Assembly: GCF_009914755.1 (NCBI RefSeq)
Contig: NC_060933.1
Direction: 5' to 3' (one strand)
DNA from: the human T2T-CHM13v2.0 reference genome, Homo sapiens
DNA length: 64,000 nt
Part shown: positions 40,505 through 54,300 of the stretch, one piece after another
Layout of the letters: every line of letters begins with the position of its first letter
Position numbering within the stretch: the first letter of the stretch is position 1
Position numbers and translations under genes: made by a program
Notes under the pieces: generated by a model
The model's input: the letters and a program-made list of their open reading frames with translations, nothing else
What the model was told of the DNA's origin: nothing
Databases searched by the model: none

Positions 40505-43500
40505 CATTCCATTCCATTCCATTCCATTCTATTCCATTCCATTCCATTCCGGAAGATTCCATTCCATTGCATTCCATTCCATTCCATTCCCCTGCACTCA
40601 CGTTCATTCCATTCCATTCCATTCCATTCCATTCCATTCCGTTCCGTTCCGTTCCGTTCCATTCCATTCCATTCCATTCTATTCGGGTTAATTCCATTCC
40701 ATTCTATTCGATTGCCATCGAGTTGATTCCATTCCATTCCATTCCATTCCGTTCCATTCCATTCCATTCCTTTCCATTCCATTACGGATCACTCCATTCC
40801 ATTGCATTCCATTCCATTCCATTCCCCTGTACTCGGGTTGATTCCATTCCATTCCATTCCACTCCATTCGGTTCCGTTGCATTCCATTCTATTGCATTCC
40901 ATTCTATTCGGGTTAATTCCATTCCATTCTATTCCATTCCATTCCATTCCATTCCATTGCAACGGAGTTGGTTCCATTCCATTCCATTCCATTCCGGATG
41001 ATTCCATTCCATTGCATTCCATTCCATTCCATTCCATTCCCCTGCACTCGTGTTGATTCCATTCACTTCCATTCCATTCCATTCCATTCCATTCTATTCC
41101 GATTAATTCCATTCCATTCCATTCCATTCCATTCCATTGCAATCGAGCTGATTCCATTCCATTCCTTTCCATTCCATTCCATTGCCTTGCATTACACTCG
41201 GGTTGATTCCATTCCCTTCTTTCCACTCCATTACATTCCCTTCCATTCCACTCGGAATGATTGATTCCATTCCATTCCATTCCATTTCATTCCTTTGCAA
41301 TCCATTCCAATCCATTCCATTCCATTCCATTCCACTCGAGATGACTTCATTCCATTCCTTTCCATTCCATTCCATTCCATTCCTTTCCACTCGAGTTGAT
41401 TCCATTCCATTCCAATCCATTGCATTCCATTCCATGCCATTCCACTCGGGTTGATTCCATTCTTTGCATTCCATTCCATTCCATTCCATTGCATTCCATT
41501 CCATTCCAATCCGTTGCATTCCATTCCATTACATTCGGATTGATTCTATTCAACTCCCTTACTCTCCATTACATTCCATTCCATTCGGGTTGTTCCATTC
41601 CATTCCATTCCATTCCACTCCATTCCATTGCACTCGGGTTGATTCCATTCCATTCCATTCCATTCCATTCCATTCCATTCCGGATGATTCCATTCCATTG
41701 CATTCCGTTCCATTACATTCCCCTGCACTCGGGTTGATACCATTCCATTCCATTCCATTCCATTCCGGATGATTCCATTCCATTGCATTCCATTCCATTC
41801 CATTCCCATGCACTCGGGTTGATTACATTCCATTTCCTTCCCTTCCATTCCTTTCCATTCCATTCCATTCCATTCTATTCGGGTGAATTCCATTCCATTC
41901 CGTTCCATTCCACTCCATTCCATTCCATTCCATTCCATTCCATTCCATTGGAATCGAGTTGATTCCATTCTATTCCATTCCATTCCGTTCCGGATGATTC
42001 CATTCCATTCCATTCCATTCCATTCCATTCCATTCCATTCCATTCCATTCCATTCCCCTGCAGTCGGGTTGATTCCATTCCATTCCATTCCATTCCATTC
42101 CATTCCATTCCATTCTGTTCCGTTCCATTCCATTCCACTCCATTCTATTCGGGTTAATTCCATTCCATTCCATTCCATTCCATTCCATTCCATTCCATTC
42201 CAATCGAGTTGATTCCATTCCATTCCATTCTATTCCATTCCATTCCACTCCATTCCAGTGCTTTCCATTCCATTACACTCGGGTTGATTCCATTCTATTC
42301 CTTTAAACTCCTTTCCATTCCATTGCAATCGAGTTGATTCCATTGCTTTGCATTCCATTCCATTCCATTCCATTCCGGATGATTCCTTTCCATTGCATTC
42401 CATTCCATTCCATTCCCCTGCACTCGGGTTGATTCCATTCCATTCCACTCCATTCCGTTCCATTCCATTCCATTCCATTTTATTCGGGTTAATTCCATTC
42501 CATTCCATTCCATTCCATTCCATTACAATCGAGTTTATTCCATTCCATTCCATTCCATTCCATTCCAGTCCTTTCCATTCCATTCCACTCGGGTTGATTC
42601 CATTCTATTAGTTTCCATTCCATTCCATTCCCTTCCATTCCACTCTGGTTGATTGCATTCCTTTCCATTCCACTCGAATACATTCCCTCATATTCCACTC
42701 GGAACGATTCCATTCCATTCTATTCCATTCCATTCCATTCCATTCCATTCCAGTTCGTTCCATTCCATTCTATTCCGTACTATTCCATTCCATTCCATTC
42801 CTTTCCATTCCATTGCTTTCCACTCGTGTTGATTCCATTCCTTTCCATTCCATTCGGTTTGAAGGCATTCCATTCCATTCCATTCCATTACATTACATTC
42901 CATTGCGTTCCGTTCCGTTCCATTCCATTCCATTACATTCCATTCCATTCCATTCCATTCTATTCCATTCCATTCCATTCCGGAAGATTCCATTCCATTG
43001 CATTCCATTCCATTCCATTCCCCTGCACTCACGTTCATTCCATTCCATTCCATTCCATTCCATTCCATTCCGTTCCGTTCCGTTCCGTTCCATTCCATTC
43101 CATTCCATTCTATTCGGGTTAATTCCATTCCATTCTATTCGATTGCCATCGAGTTGATTCCATTCCATTCCATTCCATTCCGTTCCATTCCATTCCATTC
43201 CTTTCCATTCCATTACGGATCACTCCATTCCATTGCATTCCATTCCATTCCATTCCCCTGTACTCGGGTTGATTCCATTCCATTCCATTCCACTCCATTC
43301 GGTTCCGTTGCATTCCATTCTATTGCATTCCATTCTATTCGGGTTAATTCCATTCCATTCTATTCCATTCCATTCCATTCCATTCCATTGCAACGGAGTT
43401 GGTTCCATTCCATTCCATTCCATTCCGGATGATTCCATTCCATTGCATTCCATTCCATTCCATTCCATTCCCCTGCACTCGTGTTGATTCCATTCACTTC

Positions 43501-45380
43501 CATTCCATTCCATTCCATTCCATTCTATTCCGATTAATTCCATTCCATTCCATTCCATTCCATTCCATTGCAATCGAGCTGATTCCATTCCATTCCTTTC
43601 CATTCCATTCCATTGCCTTGCATTACACTCGGGTTGATTCCATTCCCTTCTTTCCACTCCATTACATTCCCTTCCATTCCACTCGGAATGATTGATTCCA
43701 TTCCATTCCATTCCATTTCATTCCTTTGCAATCCATTCCAATCCATTCCATTCCATTCCATTCCACTCGAGATGACTTCATTCCATTCCTTTCCATTCCA
43801 TTCCATTCCATTCCTTTCCACTCGAGTTGATTCCATTCCATTCCAATCCATTGCATTCCATTCCATGCCATTCCACTCGGGTTGATTCCATTCTTTGCAT
43901 TCCATTCCATTCCATTCCATTGCATTCCATTCCATTCCAATCCGTTGCATTCCATTCCATTACATTCGGATTGATTCTATTCAACTCCCTTACTCTCCAT
44001 TACATTCCATTCCATTCGGGTTGTTCCATTCCATTCCATTCCATTCCACTCCATTCCATTGCACTCGGGTTGATTCCATTCCATTCCATTCCATTCCATT
44101 CCATTCCATTCCGGATGATTCCATTCCATTGCATTCCGTTCCATTACATTCCCCTGCACTCGGGTTGATACCATTCCATTCCATTCCATTCCATTCCGGA
44201 TGATTCCATTCCATTGCATTCCATTCCATTCCATTCCCATGCACTCGGGTTGATTACATTCCATTTCCTTCCCTTCCATTCCTTTCCATTCCATTCCATT
44301 CCATTCTATTCGGGTGAATTCCATTCCATTCCGTTCCATTCCACTCCATTCCATTCCATTCCATTCCATTCCATTCCATTGGAATCGAGTTGATTCCATT
44401 CTATTCCATTCCATTCCGTTCCGGATGATTCCATTCCATTCCATTCCATTCCATTCCATTCCATTCCATTCCATTCCATTCCCCTGCAGTCGGGTTGATT
44501 CCATTCCATTCCATTCCATTCCATTCCATTCCATTCCATTCTGTTCCGTTCCATTCCATTCCACTCCATTCTATTCGGGTTAATTCCATTCCATTCCATT
44601 CCATTCCATTCCATTCCATTCCATTCCAATCGAGTTGATTCCATTCCATTCCATTCTATTCCATTCCATTCCACTCCATTCCAGTGCTTTCCATTCCATT
44701 ACACTCGGGTTGATTCCATTCTATTCCTTTAAACTCCTTTCCATTCCATTGCAATCGAGTTGATTCCATTGCTTTGCATTCCATTCCATTCCATTCCATT
44801 CCGGATGATTCCTTTCCATTGCATTCCATTCCATTCCATTCCCCTGCACTCGGGTTGATTCCATTCCATTCCACTCCATTCCGTTCCATTCCATTCCATT
44901 CCATTTTATTCGGGTTAATTCCATTCCATTCCATTCCATTCCATTCCATTACAATCGAGTTTATTCCATTCCATTCCATTCCATTCCATTCCAGTCCTTT
45001 CCATTCCATTCCACTCGGGTTGATTCCATTCTATTAGTTTCCATTCCATTCCATTCCCTTCCATTCCACTCTGGTTGATTGCATTCCTTTCCATTCCACT
45101 CGAATACATTCCCTCATATTCCACTCGGAACGATTCCATTCCATTCTATTCCATTCCATTCCATTCCATTCCATTCCAGTTCGTTCCATTCCATTCTATT
45201 CCGTACTATTCCATTCCATTCCATTCCTTTCCATTCCATTGCTTTCCACTCGTGTTGATTCCATTCCTTTCCATTCCATTCGGTTTGAAGGCATTCCATT
45301 CCATTCCATTCCATTACATTACATTCCATTGCGTTCCGTTCCGTTCCATTCCATTCCATTACATTCCATTCCATTCCATT
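40505..45380 (+). repeat. Near-identical tandem duplication, unit 2,431/2,426 bp
   Basis: Identical ORF translations recur at an offset of 2,431 (40,567/42,998; 41,103/43,534) and then 2,426 (42,230/44,656). Rare variants are shared: ggatcactcc, cgagctgatt, ctttaaactc, ccctcatatt. Confidence 0.92.
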
Positions 45381-48300
45381 CCGTTTCGTTGCATTCCATT
45401 CCATTCCATTCTATTCGGGTTAATTCCATTCCATTCCATTCGATTGCCATCGAGTTGATTCCATTCCATTCCATTCCATTCCATTCCATTCCATTCCATT
45501 CCTTTCCATTCCATTACGGATGACTCCATTCCATTGCATTCCATTCCATTCCATTCCCCTGTACTCGGGTTGATTCCATTCCATTCCATTCCACTCCATT
45601 CGGTTCCGTTGCATTCCATTCTATTGCATTCCATTCTATTCGGGTTAATTCCATTCAATTCTATTGCATTCCATTCCATTCCATTCCATTGCAATGGAGT
45701 TTATTCCATTCCATTCCATTCCATTCCGGATGATTCCATTCCATTGCATTCCATTCCATTCCATTGCCCTGCACTCGTGTTCAGTCCATTGCGTTCCATT
45801 CCATTCCATTCCATTCTATTCCGGTTAATTCCATTCCATTCCATTCCATTCCATTGCAATCGAGTTGATTCCATTCCATTCCTTTCCATTCCATTCCATT
45901 GCCTTGCATTCCACTCGGGTTGATTCCATTCCGTTCTTTCCACTCCATTACATTCCCTTGCATTCCACTCGGAATGATTGATTCCATTCCATTCCATTCC
46001 ATTTCATTCCATTGCAATCCATTCCAATCCATTCCATTCCATTCCATTCCACTCGAGTTGACTTCATTCCATTCCTTTCCATTCCATTCCATTCCTTTCC
46101 ACTCGAGTTGATTCCATTCCATTCCAATCCATTGCATTCCATTGCATGCCATTCCACTCGGGTTGATTCCATTCCCTTGCATTCCATTCCATTACATTCC
46201 ATTCCATTCCATTCCATTCCATTCCATTCCATTCCGTTGCATTCCATTCCATTTCATTCGGATTGATTCTATTCAACTCCCTTACTCTCCATTACATTCC
46301 ATTGCATTCGGGTTGTTCCATTCCATTCCATTCCATTCCACTCCATTCCATTGCACTCGGGTTGATTCCATTCCATTCCTTTCCATTCCATTCCATTCCG
46401 GATGATTCCATTCCATTGCATTCCGTTCCATTACATTCCCCTGCACTCGCGTGGATTCCATTCCATTCCATTCCATTCCATTCAATTCCATTCCATTACA
46501 ATTCGTTCCATTCCATTCTATTCCGTACCATTCCATTCCGTTCCATTCCATTCCATTCCATTCTATTCGGGTTAATTCCATTCCATTCCATTCCATCCCA
46601 TTCTATTACATTCCATTGCAATCGAGTTGAATCCATTGCATTTCATTCCATTCCATACCATTCCATTCCATTCCAGAAGATTCCATTCCATTGCATTCCA
46701 TTCCATTCCATTCCCCTGCACTCGCATTGATTCCATTCCATTCCATTCCATTCAATTCCATTCCATTCCATTCCGTTCCATTCCATTCCATTCCATTCCA
46801 TTCCATTCCATTCTGTTCCGTTCCATTCCATTCCATTCCATTCTATTCGGGTTAATTCCATTCCATTCCATTCGATTGCAATCGTGTTGATTCCATTCCA
46901 TTCCATTCCATTCCATTCCTTTCGATTCCATTACGGATGATTCCATTCCATTGCATTCCATTCCATTCCATTCCCCTGTACTCGGGTTGATTCCATTCCA
47001 TTGCATTCCAATCCATGCCCTTCCACTCGTGTTGATTCCATTCTTTCCATTCCATTCAAGTTGAATCCATTCCATTGCATTCCATTCAATTCGATTCCAT
47101 TCGATTGCACTCTGGTTGATTCTATTCCATTGCATTCCATTCCATTCCATTGCATTCCATTCCATTCCATTCCATTCCATTCCATTCCATTCCGTTCCAT
47201 TCCATTCCATTACATTCGGATTGATTCTATTCAATTCCCTTACACTCCATTACATTCCTTTCCATTCGGGTAGATTCCATTCCATTCCATTCCATTCCTC
47301 TCCATTCCATTGCATTCGGGTTGATTCCATTCCATTGCATTCAATTCCATTCCATTCAATTCCATTCCGTTCCATTCCATCCCATTACATTCGGATTGAT
47401 TCTATTCAACTCCCTTACTCTCCATTACATTCCATTCCATTCGGGTTGTTCCATTCCATTCCATTCCATTCGATTCCATTCCATTCCTGAAGATTCCATT
47501 CCATTGCATTCCATTCCATTCCATTCCCCTACACTCGCGTTGTTTCCATTCCATTCCATTCCATTCCATTCCATTCCATTCCTTTCCGTTCTGTTCCATT
47601 CCATTCCATTGCATTCCATTCCATTCCGTTCCGTTCCGTTCCATTCCATTCCATTCCATTCCATTCCATTCCATTCCATTCGGGTTAATTCCATTCCATT
47701 CCATTCGATTGCAATCGAGTTGATTCCATTCCATTCCATTCCATTCCATTCCAGTCCTTTCCATTCCATTCCACTCGGGTTGATTCCATTCTATTAGTTT
47801 CCATTCCATTCCATTCGCTTCCATTCCACTCTGGTTGATTCCATTCCTTTCCATTCCACTCGAATACATTCCCTCCTATTCCACTCGGAACGATTCCATT
47901 CCATTCCATTCCATTCCATTCCATTCCATTCCATTCCAGTTCGTTCCATTCCGTTCTATTCCGTACCATTCCATTCCATTCCATTCCTTTCCATTCCATT
48001 CCTTTCCACTCGTGTTGATTCCATTCCTTTCCATTCCATTCGGTTTGAAGGCTTTCCATTCCATTCCATTCCATTCCATTCCATTCCATTCCATTCCATA
48101 TTATTCCATTCCATTGCAATCGAGTTGAATCCATTGCCTTTCATTCCATTCCATTCCATTCTGGAAGATTCCATTCCATTGCATTCCATTCCATTCCATT
48201 CCCCTGCACTCGCGTTGATTCCATTCCATTCCATTCCGTTCCGTTCCACTCCATTCCATTCCATTCCATTCCATTCCATTCCGTTCCGTTCCATTCCATT

Positions 48301-51300
48301 CCATTCCATTCTATTCGGGTTAATTCCATTCCATTCCATTCGATTGCCATCGCGTTGATTCCATTCCATTCCATTCCATTCCATTCCATTCCATTCCTTT
48401 CCATTCCATTACGGATGACTCCGTTCCATTGCATTCCATTCCATTCCATTCCCCTGTACTCGGGTTGATTCCATTCCATTCCATTCCACTCCATTCGGTT
48501 CCGTTGCATTCCATTCTATTGCATTCCATTCTATTCGGATTAATTCCATTCCATTCTATTCCATTCCATGCCATTCCCTTCCATTGCAATGGAGTTGATT
48601 CCATTCCATTCCATTCCATTCCGGATGATTCCATTCCATTGTATTCCATTCCATTCCATTCCCCTGCACTCGTGTTGATTCCATTCCCTTCCATTCCATT
48701 CCATTCCGTTCCATTCCATTCCATTCCATTCTATTCCAGTTAATTCCATTCCATTCCATTCCATTCCATTCCATTCCATTGCAATCGAGTTGATTCCATT
48801 CCATTCCTTTCCATTCCATTCCATTGCCTTGCATTCCACTCGGGTTGATTCCATTCCTTTCTTTCCACTCCATTACAATCCCTTCCATTCCACTCGGAAT
48901 GATTGATTCCATTCCATTCCATTCCATTTCATTCCATTGCAATCCATTCCAATCCATTCCATTCCATTCCATTCCACTCGAGTTGACTTCATTCCATTCC
49001 TTTCCATTCCATTCCATTCCTTTCCACTCGAGTTGATTCCATTCCATTCCATTCCATTGCATTCCATTCCATGCCATTCCACTCGGGTTGATTCCATTCC
49101 TTTGCATTCCATTCCATTCCATTCCATTCCATTCCATTCCGTTGCATTCCATTCCATTACATTCGGATTGATTCTATTCAACTCCCTTACTGTTCATTAC
49201 ATTCCATTCCATTCGGGTTGTTTCATTCCATTCCATTCCTTTCCACTCCATTCCATTGCATTCGGGTTGATTCCATTCCATTCCATTCCATTCCATTCCA
49301 TTCCAGATGATTCCATTCCATTGCATTCCGTTCCATTACATTCCCCTGCACTCGCGTTGATTCCATTCCATTCCATTCCATTCCATTCCATTCCATTCAA
49401 TTCTATTACAATTCGTTCCATTCCATTCTATTCCGTACCATTCCATTCCATTCCATACCATACCATTCCATTCCATTCCATTCCATTCCGTTCCATTCCG
49501 TTCCATTCCATTCCATTCTATTCGGGTTAATTCCATTCCATTCCATTCCATTCCATTCCATTCTATTCCATTCCATTGCAATCGAGTTGAATCCATTGCA
49601 TTTCATTCCATTCCATTGCATTCCATTGCATTCCGGAAGATTCCATTCCATTGCATTGCATTCCATTCCATTCCCCTGCACTCGCGTTGATTCCATTCCA
49701 TTCCATTCCATTCCATTCCATTCCATTCCATTCCGTTCCGTTCCGTTCCATTCCATTCCATTCCATTCCATTCCTTTCCATTCCATTACGGATGATTCCA
49801 TTCCATTGCATTCCATTCCATTCCATTCCCCTGTACTCGGGTTGATTCCATTCCATTGCATTCCAATCCATGCCCTTCCACTCGTGTTGATTCCATTCTT
49901 TCCATTCCATTCAAGTTGAATCCATTCCATTGTATTCCATTCCATTCGATTCCATTCGATTGCACTCGGGTTGATTCCATTCCATTGCATTCCATTCCAT
50001 TCCATTACATTCCATTCCATTCCGTTCCATTCCATTCCATTACATTCGGATTGATTCTATTCAATTCCCTTACACTCCATTACATTCCATTCCATTCGGG
50101 TAGTTTCCATTCCATTCCATTCCTCTCCATTCCATTGCACTCGGATTGATTCCATTCCATTGCACTCCATTCCATTCGATTTCATTCCATTCCATTCCTT
50201 TCCATTCCATTCCATTCCATTCCATTCCATTGCAATCGAGTTGATTACATTCCATTCCTTTCAATTCCATTCCATTGCCTTGCATTCCACTCTGGTTGAT
50301 TCCATTCCCTTCTTTCCACTCCATTACATTCCCTTCCATTCCACTCGGAATGATTGATTCCATTCGATTCCATTCCATTTTATTCCATTGCAATCTATTC
50401 CAATCCATTCCATTCCATTCCATTCCACTCGAGTTGATTTCATTCCATTCCTTTCCATTCCATTCCATTCCTTTCCACTCGAGTTGATTCCATTCCATTC
50501 CATTCCATTGCATTCCATTCCATGCCATTCCACTCGGGTTGATTCCATTCCATTCCATTCCATTCCATTCCATTCCATTCCATTCCATTGCATTCCATTC
50601 CATTCCTTTCCCCTGCACTCGGGTTGATTCCATTCCATTCCATTCCCTTTAATTCCATTCCATTCCATTCCATTCCATTCCAATCCGTTCCATTCCATTC
50701 GATTCTATTCCATTGCAATCGACTTGATTCCATTCCATTCCATTCCATTCCATTCCATTCCATTCCATTCCATTCCATTCCATCCCATTTTGTTCCAATC
50801 CATTCTATTCCGAACCATTCCATTCCATTCCATTCCATTCCATTCCATTCCATTCCATGCCATTCCACTCGGGTTGATTCCATTCCTTTCCATTCCATTC
50901 GGGTAGAATCCAATCCACTCCATTCCATTCCATTCGAATCCATTCCATTGCACTCGGGTTGATTCCATTCCATTCCATTCCATTCCATTCCATTCCATTC
51001 CATTCCATTCCATTCCGTTCGATTCCATTTCATTACATTCAGATTGATTCTATTCAATTCCCTTGCACTCCATTATATTCCAATCCATTCTGGTTGTTTC
51101 CATTCCATTCCATTCCATTTCATTCCATTCCATTGCACTCGGTTTGATTCCATTCCATTCCATTCCATTCCATTCCGGATGATTCCATTCCATTGCATTC
51201 CATTCCATTCCATTCCCCTGCACTCAGGTTGATTCCATTCCATTCCATTCCACTTCATTCGGTTCCGTTGCATTCCATTCTATTGCATTCCATTCTATTC

Positions 51301-54300
51301 GGGTTAATTCCATTCCATTCTATTCCATTCCATTCCATTCCATTCCATTGCAATGGAGTTGATTCCATTCCATTCCATTCCATTCCGGATGATTCCATTC
51401 CATTGCATTCCATTCCATTCCATTCCCCTGCACTCGTGTTGATTCCATTACCTTCCATTCCATTCCATTCCGTTCCATTCCATTGCATTCCATTCTATTC
51501 CGGTTAATTCCATTCCATTCCATTCCATTCCATTCCATTCCATTGCAATCGAGTTGATTCCATTCCATTCCATTCCATTTCATTCCGTTGCAATCCATTC
51601 CAATCTATTCCATTCCATTCCATTCCACTCGAGTTGATTTCATTCCATTCCTTTCCATTCCATTCCTTTCCACTCGAGTTGATTCCATTCCATTCCATTC
51701 CATTGCATTCCATTCCATGCCATTCCACTCGGGTTGATTCCATTCCTTTGTATTCCATTCCATTCCATTCCATTCCATTCCATTCCATTCCATTCCATTC
51801 CATTCCATTCCGTTGCATTCCATTCCATTACATTCGGATTGATTCTATTCAACTCCCTTACTCTCCATTACATTCCATTCCATTCGGGTTATTCCATTCC
51901 ATTCCATTCCATTCCACTCCATTCCATTGCACTCGGGTTGATTCCATTCCATTCCATTCCATTCCATTCCATTCCATTCCATTCCATTCCGGATGATTCC
52001 ATTCCATTGCATTCCGTTCCATTACATTCCCCTGCACTCGCGTTGATTCCATTCCATTCCATTCCATTCCATTCAATTCCATTCCATTACAATTCGTTCC
52101 ATTCCATTCTATTCCGTACCATTCCATTCCATTCCGTACCATTCCATTCCATTCCATTCCATTCCATTCCATTCCGTTCCATTCCATTCCATTCCATTCT
52201 ATTCGGGGTAATTGCATTCCATTCCATTCCATTCCATTCTATTCCATTCCATTGCAATCGAGTTGAATCCATTGCATTTCATTCCATTCCATTCCATTCC
52301 ATTCCATTCCGGAAGATTCCATTCCATTGCATTCCATTCCATTCCATCTCCCTGCACTCGCGTTGATTCCATTCCATTCCATTCCATTCCATTCCATTCC
52401 GTTCCGTTCCGTTCCGTTCCGTTCCGTTCCATTCCATTCCATTCCATTCCATTCCGTTCCGTTCCATTCCATTCCATTCCATTCTATTCGGGTTAATTCC
52501 ATTCCATTCCATTCGATTGCAATCGTGTTGATTCCATTCCATTCCATTCCATTCCATTCCATTCCATTCCATTCCATTCCATTCCTTTCCATTCCATTAC
52601 GGATGATTCCATTCCATTGCATTCCATTCCATTCCATTCCCCTGTACTCGGGTTGATTCCATTCCATTCCATTCCAATCCATGCCATTCCACTCGTGTTG
52701 ATTCCATTCTTTCCATTCCATTCAGGTTGAATCCATTCCATTGCATTCCATTCCATTCCATTCCCCTGCAGTCGGGTTGATTCCATTCCATTCCATTCCA
52801 TTCCATTCCATTCCGTTCCGTTCCGTTCCGTTCCATTCCATTCCATTCCATTCCAATCGAGTTGATTCCATTCCATTCCATTCCATTCCATTCCTTTCCA
52901 CTCCATTCCAGTCCTTTCCATTCCATTCCACTCCGGTTGATTCCAATGTATTCCTTTCCATTCCATTCCATTCCATTGCAATCGAGTTGATTCCATTGCT
53001 TTGCATTCCATTCCATACCACTCCATTCCGGATGATTCCATTCCATTGCATTCCATTCCATTCCATTCCCCTGCACTCGGGTTGATTCCATTCCATTCCA
53101 CTCCATTCGGTTCGATTCCATTCCATTCCATTGTATTCGGGTTAATTCCATTCCATTCCATTCCATTGCACTCCATTCCATTCCATTCCATTCCATCACA
53201 ATCGAGTTGATTCCATTCCAATCCATTCCATTCCATTCCAGTCCTTTCCATTCCATTCCACTCAGGTTGATTCCATTCTATTAGTTTCCTTTCCATTCGA
53301 TTCCCTTCCATTCCACTCTGGTTGATTCCATTCCTTTCCATTCCAGTCGAATACATTCACTCCTATTCCACTCGGAACGATTCCATTCCATTCCATTCCA
53401 TTCCATTCCATTCCATTCCAGTTCGTTCCATTCCGTTCTATTCCGTACCATTCCATTCCATTCCATTCCTTTCCATTCCATTCCTTTCCACTCGTGTTGA
53501 TTCCATTCCTTTCCATTCCATTCGGTTTGAAGGCATTCCATTCCATTCAATTCCATTCCATTCCATTCCATTCCATTCCATTCCATTCTATTCCATTCCA
53601 TTGCAATCGAGTTGAATCCATTGCCTTTCATTCCATTCCATTCCATTCCATTCCGGAAGATTCCATTCCATTGCATTCCATTCCATTCCATTCCCCTGCA
53701 CTCGCGTTGATTCCATTCCATTCCATTCCATTCCATTCCTTTCCGTTCCATTCCATTCCATTCCATTCCATTCCGTTCCATTCCATTCCATTCCATTCCA
53801 TTCTATTCGGGTGAATTCCATTCCATTCCATTCGATTGCCATCGAGTTGATTCCATTCCATTCCATTCCATTCCATTCCATTCCATTCCGTTCCGTTCCA
53901 TTCCATTCCATTCCATTCCATTCCATTCCATTCCATTCCGTTCTGTTCCATTCCATTCCATTCCATTCTATTCGGGTGAATTCCATTCCATTCCATTCGA
54001 TTGCCATAAAGTTGATTCCATTCCATTCCATTCCTTTCCATTCCATTACGGATGACTCCATTCCATTGCATTCCATTCCACTCCATTCCCCTGTACTCGT
54101 GTTGATTCCATTCCATTCCATTCCACTCCATTCGGTTCCGTTGCATTCCATTCTATTGCATTCCATCTATTCGGGTTAATTCCATTCCATTCTATTCCAT
54201 TCCATTCCATTCCATTCCATTGCAATGGAGTTGATTCCATTCCATTCCATTCCATTCCATTCCGGATGATTCCATTGCATTGCATTCCATTCCATTCCAT

